This document shows, piece after piece, positions 11,861-24,900 of a stretch of DNA of 64,000 nucleotides. Under the pieces are notes generated by a model. The model was given only the letters and a program-made list of their open reading frames with translations. It was not told the DNA's origin and did not search any database. This DNA comes from Zygnema circumcarinatum SAG 698-1b. Lineage: Eukaryota > Plantae > Zygnematophyceae. Each line of letters begins with the position of its first letter. Within the stretch, counting starts at the first letter, position 1. The stretch is from contig CM074810.1 in assembly GCA_037447605.1 (NCBI GenBank), positions 1,522,880 through 1,586,879 of the forward strand, given 5' to 3'. The position numbers and the translations under genes were made by a program.

Positions 11861-14800
11861 CTAAAAGTCAATGAAGTTTGTAGAACCGTTCAAATATTGG
11901 TTTCTCCTTTCTTCCACCAAACTTTTCCCACTTTCCATATTTAGAAAATTGAACTGAAAACCATTCACTTGCACCTCCCTCACTGTCAGAGGGTTAATCT
12001 CCATAGGCATGCGCCAACTGGAATTACCCCAACTTAAACTCACATTTTCCATAGTTACACTGTCTATATATTCCATAAATATGCCCGAAATTTCATGCTT
12101 TATCATCCCTTGACATCCGGGCCTGTAATCATGTTCCCCCTCTTGGTACTGAGTCCACCGGCGCAGGTCCACCGTTAACCCTGAAAAAACAAGTCCCTGC
12201 AGACGGCTACTTGGAGATCCACTTAAGAAAATTCCGTTTTCAGCCACAATTGAAATATTGGTAAAAAATATATTTTTAATCGATCCAACATTTGAGGTGG
12301 GGTTTCGAGGACACGCCGTCACGTAGATGGGCTCAGCTCGGCCCCACCAGGAGGGGTCGTAGTAGCGGGTAGAAATGTGAATATTTTTGAATGTCACGTT
12401 TTCGATGTTACCTGTAAAAAAAAAAAGAGGGGAAAAAAAAAGGATACCGACTTGTGAACCCCAAANNNNNNNNNNCCCCCCCCCCCCCCCCCCCCTCCTC
12501 CCTCCAAAACCCTCCAGAGCCCAAAACTCAAAACCCCCCAAAACCCTTAAAACCTCGAAATCCCAACAACCCAAAACCCCCAAAACACTCAGAATCCCCA
12601 AAACCCTAAAACCCTAAACCTCGAAACCCTCAAAATTCTAGAACCCTAAACCCCCAAAACCTTAAAACCCTAAACCCTAAAACCCTAAACCCCCAAAACC
12701 CTAAAACCCTAGACCCCTAAAAACCTAACCCCCCTAAACCCTAAACCCCCTAAACCCTAAACCCCCTAAACCCTAAACCCCCAAAACCCTAAAACCCTAC
12801 ACCCCCAAAACCCTAAATCCCTAGACCCTTAAAACCCTAAAACCCTAAACCCTCAAAACCCGAAACCGTAAACCCTCAAAACCCGAAACCGTAAACCAAG
12901 CCCAAACCCCTAGACCCCTACAAGTAGGCCCTAGGCCCTAGACCTGACCTTGGTCCCGCAGCTGCAGGCCCAGGCCGCGGTGCGAGTCCTCAACGACCAA
13001 ATTCTCGAAGTGGAGGTCTTTGAAGTCGTGCTCGGTCCCGCTCCCGACCTTGACCGCGCAGGACTTTGTCTTCAGGCGGCAGTTGGTAACGGACAAATCC
13101 AGGACAGGTCCGGCGGTTGACTTGGGACAGATGGCGTCATCTCCCGTGTCGATGCGCGCGCCCTCAACGATGGTGTGATTTGAGCCGTCGATGTCGATGC
13201 CATCGTTGTTGGGAATGTTAAAGTCGCCGTAGATGGAGATGTTGGCCACATGCGTGTGTTGGCATCGAACAAAGTGGAGGCTGATGAAGGGAGGGAGGGA
13301 GGGAGGGAGGGAGGGAGGGAGGGAGGGGGTAAGGGAGGGGGGGAAGAGTGAGGAGAAGAGAGAGAGAGAGTGACGGGGAGAGAGAGAGGGAGAGAGAGGG
13401 AGGGAGAGGGGAGAGAGAGAGAGGGAGGACATACGAATCAGGATGAATCTCCAGGTTCAGATGGGAATGGTATGGAAAATTAAACCATTTCCATTTCGTT
13501 CTTTCTCGACTCCCTCTCCTCCTCCCATCACCCCCTCTCCGCCTTCCTTCCCTTAACTTTCCCGTTCTCCTTCTCCCCCTCTCCCACCCCCCTCGCCCTC
13601 TCCCTCTCTCTCCCTCCCCTTCCTCTGTTATCAGAGTAGACCTAGGGAAGGGGACTCCAACATGGGTTTTCCGCATGCTATTGAAAAATTTCTCACTCTA
13701 CACTCTACACTCACTCCTGCCATTTTTCTGCGACTAATACTCCTCCTCCAAAGAAAAACCCTACAGACAAACCATCCCTAGGGTGAGGGAAGGAGGAGGA
13801 ATGGAGGGAGGGAGGGAGAGAGAGATGGAGGGAGGGGTAGAGAGAGAGAAAGGGTAACTCGTACCACCAATATGCGGGCTCATGAAAGTGAACATTGAAC
13901 ACCTTGATATGGCTGCTTTCAATAAAGCCCACAAGGCGAGGGCGGCATTCATCTCCCAAACATTGTCCGGTCTCGTTCCAACTTACCATCACATTCTTTT
14001 GGACATCGTATTTTGTGACAAAGCTTTGGGCCTGCCCATGTATAGTTCCGCTCCCGGTAAGCGTGACATTTGTCACGCCGTCTCCTAATAGAGTGTACCA
14101 GTGGTTTCGGAGCCACGGAAAGTCCGAAAGGGAGGTCCCGCCGAGCAGGGTTGCGTTTTCCTCAATTTCGAGAACGAGGTGGGAGCGGAGGTAGAGAGTG
14201 GCTGTGGTAGTGGAAGAGTTGGATTTAGCGGAGGGAGAGGAGGGAGAGGGAGGGAGAGGGAGGGAGAGGGAGGGAGCGGGAGGGAGCGGGAGGGAGGGAG
14301 GGAGAGGGAGGGAATGGGAGTGAGGGGGAGGGAGAGGGAGGGAGAGGGAGGGAATGGGAGTGAGGGGGAGGGAGGAGGGGAGAGAGAGAGGGGAGGGGAA
14401 TGGAGGGAGAGAGGGGAAACGGAATGAGAGAGCGAGAGTGGGGAACGGGTAAGGAGGGCGGGACATAGAGGTTTATTGGGGCGTTATGTGGAACCAATCC
14501 AGGCTTGCCGCGTGTCATCATTGCAGACGTGGGACACACTGATTGGCCTAATATTCAACTGAGCCAGCTGGTTGAGCCAGCTCGAGTAACTTGCCACCTC
14601 TACTCTCTTCCTCACTCCCTCCCCCTCACTCCCATTCCCTCCCTCTTCCTCCCTCCATCCCCCTCCCTCCCTCTCCCTCCCTCCCTCCCCCTCCCTTCCT
14701 CTCCCTCACCCTCACTCCCATTTCCCTCCCACTCCCTCCCTCGTCCCCCTCCCTCCCTCTCCCTCCCACTCCCTCCTCTCCCTCCGCCTCCCTCCCTCTC

Positions 14801-15081
14801 CCTCCCCCTCCCCGCGAAGGCCCACCTGTAAGAAATCTCCCTCCTGAAGGAATTAAAACACGGCCTCCTCCCTGACACGTGTCGATCGCTGATTGAATAG
14901 CCTCCGTGTCGTAATGCAGGCCATCCCCCCGCGCACCGAATTGCGCCACCTGGCATGTGGGCCCAGCGGAAGCAGAGAGAGAGAATGCGATGAGGAGAGA
15001 GAGGAGAGAGAAGAGAGAGAAGAGAGAGAGGGGAAAGAGGAGGGGAGGAGCGAGAGGGAGGGCGGCCGCCATGGGCGCCAT
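11861..15081 (-). CDS. Secreted glycoside hydrolase family 28 (polygalacturonase-like, pectin-lyase fold), 491 aa
   Basis: Four phase-consistent exons: 15081-14826, 14201-13865, 13280-12949, 12411-11861. Hydrophobic signal peptide, FGARGDG, PNNDGIDI, TGDDAICPKS, SHRGLGLQLRDQG, WWGRAEPIYVT. Confidence 0.93.
12496..12920 (+). repeat. Degenerate interstitial telomere-like array (AAACCCT/AAAACCCC variants) in GH28 intron 3
   Basis: Dozens of AAACCCTA/AAAACCCTAA/AACCCCCTA units; the gene's sense strand carries the G-rich version. Confidence 0.85.
14230..14820. repeat. Inverted-repeat arms (purine/pyrimidine blocks) in GH28 intron 1
   Basis: 14303-14334 is the exact reverse complement of 14615-14646 (32 bp, including the distinctive core GAGGGAATGGGAGTGAGGGGGA). 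Extra core copies lie at 14348-14369 and, inverted, ~14711-14730. Confidence 0.8.
14494..14546. promoter_or_regulatory. Inverted double CCAAT/ACGT module in the GH28 intron-1 loop
   Basis: CCAAT-ccaggcttg-CCGCG-N15-CGTGG-gacacactg-ATTGG (right half is a perfect ERSE-type match). Confidence 0.45.
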
Positions 15082-15259
15082 ACCGGAGAGTGCGAGCGTG
15101 ACAGCTGTCTACGCCTTCTTCGCCTTCTTTTTCCGTCGTCCTAAGACGATACCAACGGTCATACCGTAAATATTGGATATCTCGAATATTATTTGTTGAT
15201 ATGGGCGAATACTTTTTTCCTAACGCTAAACAAAAAACCGCCGTGTTATCGAAGACCAG

Positions 15260-15312
15260 CCAATGAGATATTGAAACGTGTCATAAGTGTACACGTGTCG
15301 ACTTTTCATTGG
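15260..15312. promoter_or_regulatory. Inverted double CCAAT/ACGT module in the GH28/RSH1 divergent promoter
   Basis: CCAAT-gagatattg-AAACG-N15-CGTGT-cgacttttc-ATTGG, 180-230 bp upstream of the GH28 ATG. Confidence 0.45.
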
Positions 15313-16524
15313 AAAAATTCGCCACGTAGTAGCTGTAGGAATGAAGAAAGGACCAATCTAGTTCCGGCCCCGTGTGAACACGGCAAATAAGGAAAAAATC
15401 CGGTCCTTTCCCACGTGTGAATACCCAAATTCCAGCTTTTTTTGAACTCGATCGCCGTCCCATGTGCTGGCGCGCCCAAACGTGGCCGCGAGGGAGCGCT
15501 CCTATTGGCCGGCCGCCTGCGCGCTCCATGGGCTCAGTTCTGTTAAATTCACAACAGTTTCAAATGTTTCACACCGAATGGCCATTTCTTTGGTTAGTTA
15601 GAAACCAGACGTAGTTCTAGTTGCAGTTGAACATGGAACTTGACTGTCGCGTTCCCGTCGAGAGCTGCGGACGCGACACGTGTCCTGGGCGCCAATCTCT
15701 TTTCAGATATGCTGGAGCTCCTGCATAGTGGGGGGCAGATTTTAGGGTTGGAAGAGGCCCGGCTTCCTGCGCAGCATTGGAGCAGGATTTAGGGTTTGTT
15801 TCTTAGATATTCGCAACATTTTTGACTCGTATTGATCAGTCAGAGCATATCAGTCCGTCAGAAAGAGCTTAGATTCCCGAGATTTGGTGGATTGTGCGGC
15901 GGGAAGCATGCGGTTTTTTGGCAGGAACGCAGGATTTGGCTCAAATTGCGGTGCTTTAAACGAGGAGAGCTGGTTTTTGAGTTTCTAGTTCGCTTATAAA
16001 ATATTGTTCTTATCTATGGCGAGACATTTTTCGGCCATTGAAGCTGTAAACTGTGAGTTCTAACTGCTTCAATATGTGGACAGCTGGCAGCCTTTGGTTG
16101 GTTAATGGCTTCATGACCATGGATGCATGTATGGCTCGATGACGAGTGTATGGATTCATACATGGAGGCATGGAGGAACGGTGGAGTCATGGATGCATGA
16201 TAAACGGCCCACGGATGACTTGACATGGTCCTCTTCTCATTTCCTCCTCTTGGAGACTAATTCAACAGATCTGCAGCAGCATTTTTCTTCATCACTTTGA
16301 GTGCTCCTTATGCGCGTTTAGGGCTTCCTGTTTGGTTGTTCTCACCTTAAGTTTCAAACCACACGCAGAACTATGGACGATTACTGAATATAGCTGTTCA
16401 TACTTTTTCCCCAATTCCCTCTAATTTTCTGCTTTGTCTATCTATTTTCTACCCCAAATTGCGCCCTGGCAGGTTCTCGTTTCTCTCCTTCCCCTTTTAC
16501 TCCCGCTCCTTCCCCCTCCTGCAG

Positions 16525-19500
16525 CGGCTGCGGGAGCCAGTGGGACGCCTCGACGCAAGCTGCATGCGGCCCGTGGAAGACTTTAAAACCGCTGAAGGCG
16601 AGGAGGGGGGCGGAGGGGAGTCTGCTCGAAGGGCGGGTGCTGAGCGGTTACTTCGCCAGCACCACGCAGAGGGGAGCGCTGCAGGTACTGCGAGGGAACT
16701 GATGGGAGAGAGGGGGGGCGAGCTCGGGAAAGAGAGAGGGAGGGATAGGGCAAGGTGGAGGGAGAGGGGAGGGGAGTGGATGAGGGAGTGTGGGCAGTGG
16801 AGGGGGAAGAGGGGTGAGTAAGAGGGAGGGGTCTAGGAAGAGGGAGGGAGAGAGGGAGGTGGAATATGGGGGAGTATGGGGAGAGGAGGGGGAGAGGTGA
16901 AAGGAAGGGGCGGAGGTATGGGAAGAGGGAGAGGGAGAGGGAGCGGAGGGCGAGGGCGGGGGCAAGGGGAGGGGTCTAAGAAGAGTGAGGGAGAGGGGAA
17001 AGAGACGGGAATGGGGATGAGATGGGGGGAAGGGGAAGAAGTGTTTTGGGAGGGTTGGAAGCTGGGGAGGGAGAGATGGAGGGAAAATGGGAGGGGGAGG
17101 TGCAGCAGGGAAGCAGGGGGAGGGGAGAGGGGGGGGGTAAGGGAGGTGGGGGAGGAGGAGAAAGGGAGGAGGGAGGCGGGGAGAAGGGGAGGGAGGGAGA
17201 AGGGGAGAGTGGAGGGAGAACTTTGACCCTCCTCCGCTCGAGAGGATGGGGGGGAAAGACCACCCTCACTCGTCACCTTAACTGCCTATTTTTCTTTTTT
17301 TTTTCTTCTTCTTTTCTTTCTTCTTTTTCTTCTTTGTACTTCATGTTCCTATCTCCTTATTTGGTTAGCCCTCGGTGCAGGATGGAGACCAATTTTTGGA
17401 TCCCTCCACTCTTCGAAAGCATGGAAACAGGAATCAGTGGAAAAAGTTGCACCTTTGGAAACGGGAGGGGAGACTTGCCTGTCGTGCAAGTTCTCAGAAG
17501 GGCCAGAATTTCTCGATAGAAAATGTAATAAGCAGTGAGGACGGAGATGGGCTGAAAAAAGTAGTTAGTCCGGCGACTTTGTGGGAGGTAAGGGTAATGC
17601 TCCTACCTGAGAAAATATGTTTAGTTTTGAATTGAACGTATCTGCTCAGCTTTCAGAACAGCCCAGGTTATACTTTAACCTTTGTATGAACTGCTTGATT
17701 TATCCACTTTACTGTATCTTCTCTTTGCAAATTGAGCTTTGAGTGTGAACATGAAGTTCATGAACACATTTGCTCCAAATTTTGAGTAGAGAGAGTGGGG
17801 GGGAGAGAGAGAGATAGAGACGATTCCAAGTACAGGTGCTTGGTGTGGTCGATAGGGAAAGACTGGGATATAAAAACTAGTTCATCCTCTCCTCATATGT
17901 GTGGAGGAGTGCCTTAAACTTGAGCTTAAATGCGACAATTGTGTTGCATTTTTACTGTTGGAAGTTGAATTGCCCATTTTTTTTTTTTGTCCTTGCAGGA
18001 GTTGAGGCCCAACATTTCATACCTCTCCAATGCGCAGTTAGCAACTGTACGGAGTGCTTTGGAGGTATGTGCAGAATCACTCTCTCCCATTGTTCTTTCT
18101 CTGTCTTTTTCAGCATGGTTGCCTTTGCTCTGAAGATAAGAAATCTTTCCTTTTTGTGGTTTTTTGGTCTCCGCCAAATGGGAACCAACAAGTGAGTCTT
18201 TGAGTTTCTGCCATCTATTGCATTGACTGCGCTTGAGACCAACCTTCCAAAGCCTCAAAAATCAAGGCCGAGTGAGAGAGCAAGATTTTAATTTCACCTC
18301 ACACGTTTTACTTTTAAATTGAAGGTTTTTGATTTTTTTTTTTTCTTTGGGGATGTGGGAGGGGGTTGACAGCTTGCATTCAAGGCTCATGATGGGCAAA
18401 AGAGGAAAAGTGGAGAGCCTTATATCATTCACCCTGTTGAAGTCGCTCGGATTCTTGGAGAGTTAGTGAGTTTGGCTCCCTTCCAAGGAAACAAGAAACC
18501 TTTGAAAGAAATTTCTGTGAAGAATATATGATCAATCAGACTCCGGCTCGGAAGTATATTCAGTTATCAAACAGTAGACCTGATTATAGTTTCTTAATTA
18601 TAGTTCTGATTATATGTACTTTATTTGTGTATGCATTATGCATATGCAATGCTTTGTAGTGGTGAATGGAGGTAAGGAAACTTTAGATTTTCCAGTTCTG
18701 TTTTGAAGCAGGAGATGGATTGGGAGACAATATCAGCCGGCCTTCTGCATGACACTGTGGAAGACACAACATACGTGACTTTTGAGGAGATCGAATCCTT
18801 GTTCGGATCAGTTGTCCGACGCATTGTCGAGGGTGAAACAAAGGTAAAGCTTGTTATAATTCTTCGCTCTCTCTCTTTCTCCCTCTTTTCTTGCTACATG
18901 TCAGGGAATTTACATGTTTCGCCACTTTTGGCGTTCACTTGTCATCCTCCTCCTCACAAGATGTGATGCAATTGTAGATCTCATTGTAATTGGAAGTTAT
19001 GGAGTGCATATGTAGCTGACATGCTAAAACGTTTTGATTTTATATATCAGGTCGTTGGCTGTAACATAGACACCCTACCGTAAAAATCTCTCCAGCTCAT
19101 TATTGGAATCGAGAGGAAAGAAAGAATACTGCTTTTAAAATTGTCTTTTATTGTATGGCTATGAATTCTGACACTCAAGAGCTAATGAACAGTTTTTGAT
19201 AATTGTGTTGTTTTTGTTTGTTGAGTCGCCGCAGTTTCATAGTGCGGCTGAGCGGTTTTGTGAGTGGTGCAGGTCTCCAAGCTGGGGAAGATGCAGTGCC
19301 ATTCTCCGGAGAGGCCCGCAGGTGACGTGAAGGCGGACGACCTGCGGCAGATGTTTCTTGCTATGACGGAGGAGGTAGGGAAGGGAAGGGAAGGGTGGGG
19401 GGGAGGGGGTGAGACCAAGAGAGAGGGAGACCGAAAGAGAGAATGGGGAAGGAGAGGGGGGAAGGGGGTGAGACCAAGAGAGAGGGAGACCGAACGAGAG

Positions 19501-21951
19501 AAGGGGGAAGGAGGGGGGAGCTGGAAGGGGAGAGGAAGAATGTGGGAAGGTGAGATGGGGAGGTAGGCATGGGGGTGTGGGCAAAGGAGAAGAGAGAGAG
19601 AAAGAGAGAAAGAGAGGAGGGGAAGGGGAGAGGGAGAGGTGGACAGTAGGGAAAGGATAGAGAAGGGGAGTCATTGAGGGGGAATTTTTCAAGAAGAAGA
19701 ACTACTGAACTGCTGCCTGAGTTAGCATATGCCTAAGCGGTTTCTGTACTTATTTTTGCGATGATAGTGATGGTGTTACATGACGTCAGCAATTGAGGTC
19801 AATGCTTTCCTTTTCAAAAGGAAAATTTGGAAAAGAAAATCCTCTCCCTATAAAAAGCCTCTCCCCCCCTACCTCAGCCTCTCCCTCCCTATGGCAGGTT
19901 CGTGTGATCATTGTGAAGCTTGCCGACCGCCTGCACAACATGCGCACTCTCACTCACATGGCCCCTCATAAGCAAGTGAGTTCAGTTATATCGGATAATT
20001 TTTCTTTACTGGAAGCTGACTATCCCAACTTTATAGGTCATGAAAACGTTATATAAGCGTTTCATAGATTTACTTTGTATAGTGATTTAGTTTTTTCTGT
20101 TTCTCGTACTTTTGCAGAAATATATTGCTGCAGAAACCCTACAAGTTTTTGCCCCTCTGGCAAGGCTGCTTGGCATGTACCGGATCAAGGTAAGGCCTTC
20201 CTTTCTTCTTTTCAATTGTGCCAAGGATTTGAACTATTTCGATGCTTAAGCAAAGGAACGGGATCATTTTCAGGACAGGCTTTGCACCAAAACTTGGGTC
20301 CACTTCTGATCTTCATTCACCCTCCATTATCCAGATTAACAATGAATTCACTCAAAGGTTGATCCGCAATGTATCGAAAGGTGAACGAACAAACCAGTCG
20401 TTGGTACAAAACTTCAAACGAAGAGCCGTAATTTAGTTCATTGTAAAGTTTGAAATTTTTTATTGTAGCGAGTAAATAAAAAGCTGTATGGTGATACGTT
20501 GTTGGGAGTGGGCAGTCTGAACTGGAGGATCTCTCCTTCATGTATGCCCATGCGGAGGAGTACGCTAAACTGAAACGCCGAATAGATGTTCTATGCAAAG
20601 AACAGGAGGAGGTGGTGTTGGAAGTAAGGACCAAGATCTTCTCGACCTAAACCTATTTTTTCTAGGGGCCACTTTTAACAGTCCTTCTGAGATTTTGCTT
20701 CAAAACGGGGCTTTAATTTGGACATTTAGCTTCAAACACTTGTTGAGCACTCAAACCTGAAAGACATACTCTTTTGTTTGAGACGGAAAGAAGTCAGTTT
20801 TGCAAGGCTTGAAATTCTATTCTCTTCCCCCCCCCCCCCCNNNNNNNNNNTTCTCTTCCCCCCCCCCCCCCTTCTCCTCCCGACCCCCCCCTCCTCCCAC
20901 TATTTCCTTTACCTTTTTGCACCTGCCTTAGCATTTAAACCTTTTGTTCAGCAAGTTTATCAGTGAAGATATAGCTTTTGCATGTACTTTTTTTCTGTTT
21001 TAATTTGTGATTCTCTATGCTCTTTACGAGACCTGCAGGCCAAATCAGTGCTCCTTCAAGCAATGGCGCGGGACAAATTCCTCGACTTAACCACTGTAAA
21101 AGTGAAAGTCATAACCCTTTGCAAGGAGCCGTATAGGTACATGTGCCCTCTCTCTCTCTGTCTCCCTCTCCCACTCCTCTTTCCCTCGCTCTCCCCTCCA
21201 AACCATGGCAAGTATGGGTAAATTTGTCTTCAGCAACGCCCCTTGCCTCTCTCTCCTTCGCCCACTCCTCTCTCTCTCTCTCTCCCCCCTCTAAAACATG
21301 GCAAGTATGAGTAGATGTGTCGAAGCAAAGCCTCTACTCTCTCTTCATCGGTAAATGTGTCTTCAGCAATAGGTTTTAATTCACAAGAGCAACTCTAATT
21401 TAAGAGTTGTAAAAGCCCACTGCAATTTGTTGTCTCTGAAACTCATCAAGTCGAGCACTCTGAGTTCCTGAAACCTGTAACCGCCAAACCCGTCAAATCT
21501 TTAAAATTTTGTTTTTATCTTGTAACCTTGTGAGTTTTTGCAGCCATAATTCCGCTCAGCATCCGCAGATCGTTTTCGTTGAACTCCCTTCTTTTGGAAT
21601 GTCTGTGCAGCATATATAAGAAGATGATGGAGAGCGGCTGTGGAGTGGAAGAAGTCAGGGACATCTCTCAGGTATGTGTCTCTCTCTCTCCAACCTCTCC
21701 TCTCCCTCGTCTAACTTCCCCCTTTCTTTTTCTCTCTCTCTCTCTCTCTTACTCTCTCATCTTGTTGCCTGAACTTTTTTTCACTTCCATCTCGTTTGTC
21801 TTTGGCCTCTCTCTCTCATCCCCTTTCTCACTCTCTCTCGCCCCGCCGTCTCTCTCTCTACCCCCACTTTTCTCTCTTCCTTTCTCTCTTTGCCCCCACT
21901 TTTTTCTCTCTCTCTTTTTCTGCCCCCGCTTCTCTCTCTCGCTCTGCCCCC

Positions 21952-21999
<48 letters not shown>

Positions 22000-24900
22000 G
22001 CCCCCCCTTTTCTCTCTCCTTATCACGGAAGACGGCTTGTCGCGTGCAGTTGCGGATAGTTCTGAAGCTCAAAGCCGGTGACTTGTGTAGTGCCCAGCAG
22101 GTGCGCTTATGCTCCAAATCTCCCAGCTTTTTCTTTTGGTAAATAAAATGTCTACCAAGGGCGAGCTCGTTTGTAAAGACTGGTTTTGTTTGTTAAAATC
22201 TATCAGTTGCGTTAAAGACTGCAAATGTGTTTATCACCCCACAACCCATGAACCCCGTAATCCTAAGTATGTTACAAAAGCAGAAAATTTTAGACAAGAT
22301 GTTCCAAATTCTACCCACAAATTTGTGAAACCCTAATCCCCTAAAGCCCCAATTTTTTTTTTTTTCTTTTTTTTCCGCCAATCGGAATGCGTGAATGTGC
22401 CAGGTCTGCTATCACGTGCTCGGTCTCATTCATGCGCGCTGGCCACCTGTGCCCTTGACGGTCAGCCCCTTTTTTTAAATATTATTTTTCTGACATTCCT
22501 GTTATGCCTAAGCAGTCCTGCATTTCTAAATCATTTTTACATGCATTTTCCTTCAGAAGATTTGTGCGATTTCCCTTTGGCTCATCTCCAAGTCGGAGAC
22601 CCAAAAAAAGGAACGGTTGATGGTGATAGTAGGGACGAGGCTCAGTGTGTATGACAAAAAAAAAAAAAAACCCAAGAGAACAAGAGATCGGTGCTAGTGA
22701 TTTGCTGAGACCAATAAAATTATGATTCTTTTTCTTAAATGTGCAGGTAAAAGATTACATTGCTACCCCAAAACCGAACGGATATCAGAGCTTACATACA
22801 ACCGTGATGCCTTTGGGCTTTAAAACTCTCTTTCCTCTCGAGATTCAAGTAAGCCTCCCTCGTCTCGAACCGCTATAAGAGCATATGATGTGGCTAATGC
22901 GAGTCAACTTGAACGTAGTCATTTTTTTTTAGTGGTTTTTTTGCGCTTACAAACAAAACCAGTGGATGAATGAGGCTGGAGTTGAGCCTTTTTAGTGGAG
23001 AAAAAGTGGAATTGGTTTCGCTTTTTGAACTTAGCTCTTTCAGTTTCAACAAAATGCCACTTTTGGGTTTCTATTGTTGTATCCTCAACTTATCCAAGTA
23101 TTCCATTTCCGTTTCCGTTTAACAGATTCGAACAGAAGAGATGGACAAGTTGGCAGAATGGGGCATCGCGGCCCATCATAGTGGGAGAGGAGTAGAAGGA
23201 CTGGAAGATGATATAAACAGAAATAATAAATCCGTTATCGGAAACGGAAATTTATCAGCAAATAGCCCCCCTTTGAAGAGCATCTCAGTCAGCTTCAACG
23301 GAGCAGCAAATGGCTCTGTTAATAGGATCGGAGCTGTGGGAGAAAGCCCATTAAGTGGAGGAAAGAATTCTGAAGGGGTGGGAGCAGCTAACAAACGGAT
23401 ATCGGAAATATCGAGTTATGAAGCGAGTTCGTGGAAATTTGGGGTTGGAATAAATAGGCCAAATCCTTCAAAGGGATGGGGGAATTGCCTTAAGAATGAA
23501 GATATTGCAAGGAGGGTAGGGCTTCTTCAGAGTCCCTAAGGAGTTTCAAAGGAGTCCCCTTATTTTTAAAGAAGATCATTCCTCAAATTTCAAAGTTTCA
23601 AATGAGTTTGCATATTTTAAGAAGATTTTACAAAAATGCAAAAATTCTGCTCTTGCAGGTGAGTTGGCTGAATTCCATCAGAGAATGGCAGGAAGAGTTT
23701 GTGGGCAACATGACTTCTCGAGAGTTTGTTGATACCATCACCGGAGATCTTCTAGGAAGCCGAGTTTTCGTGTTCACACCTAAGGGGGAGGTGGGTCGGA
23801 TCACTCCTACCCCACTGTCCTTAACTGTCACTGTATTCTATTACTTGGTTTACTTTCGTTGTATTCATTGTTTGTATTTTTCCCTTCGGGGTTGCCCCAA
23901 AAGTTCAGCGATAGAGTCTTGCCCATCGAGTTTCTCCCTTCAAATTTATTGGTCAGTTTAGGAGTCAAAATGGGCTCTCCATGTGAAGAAGGAGCCCTCC
24001 TTTGCATGATTCATTCAGAATCTTGTTCCCCCTTTTCCATCTACAAAAATAAAGAAAGAAGTATTTGCTTGGGATCGTTGCAGGTGAAAAACCTGCCAAA
24101 GGGAGCCACTGTGGTCGACTACGCCTATCACATTCACACAGATGTGGGCAATAAGATGATCGGAGCCAAGGTACAGTATTAATTGATAATACTTCATAAT
24201 TAATTAATTAATTAATTGAAAATGGCTTCCTCAATTTCGAAACGCAAAAAAACACTTTGTCCCACGCGAGAAGAAAAGGACGGTTGTTGGGGTGGTTTCC
24301 AGTTTTCTGTTTCCAGTTTCTAGTCGGGGAAGTTTCCAAGTACGGCAAATAGTCATTCCTTGCAGAGTGTTAAAGATCTGCAAACTAAAGATAAGGGTGG
24401 TGACGATGATCCAAAAATCGCTTTTCCCCCCTTTTTTTTTTTTTTTTTTCCTACATTGGAATGCTGAATGTGCTAAATATTTTTCTTTTTGGGGAGCAGG
24501 TTAATGGCAATGTTGTTTCTCCCACGCATGCTTTGGCCAATGCTGAGGTGGTGGAGATTCTCACCTATGATGTGAGCATACTTCAGTCAATAGCTCGATT
24601 GTTTTGTTAAGTGCTACACCCCTAAAGATCCCCAGACGTGAAAATTAGGGTTCTTAGTGTTACCTCTGTGGAATTCATAATGATATGTAGGGTACGCAGA
24701 GTCTAAACCTTGTTTTCTATGTGAGATTAAGCCTTTGCGGTATTTAGAAGCGCACCTAAGATCATGAGCAATATTCCTCCCCCTTCTCCCTTTCCTCCCC
24801 TTCTCCCTTTCCTCCCCCTTCTCCCTTTCCTCCCCCACCCCTCTCTCCCTCTCCCTCTCCCTCTCCTTCTCCCTCTCCCTCTCCCTCTCCCTCTCNNNNN

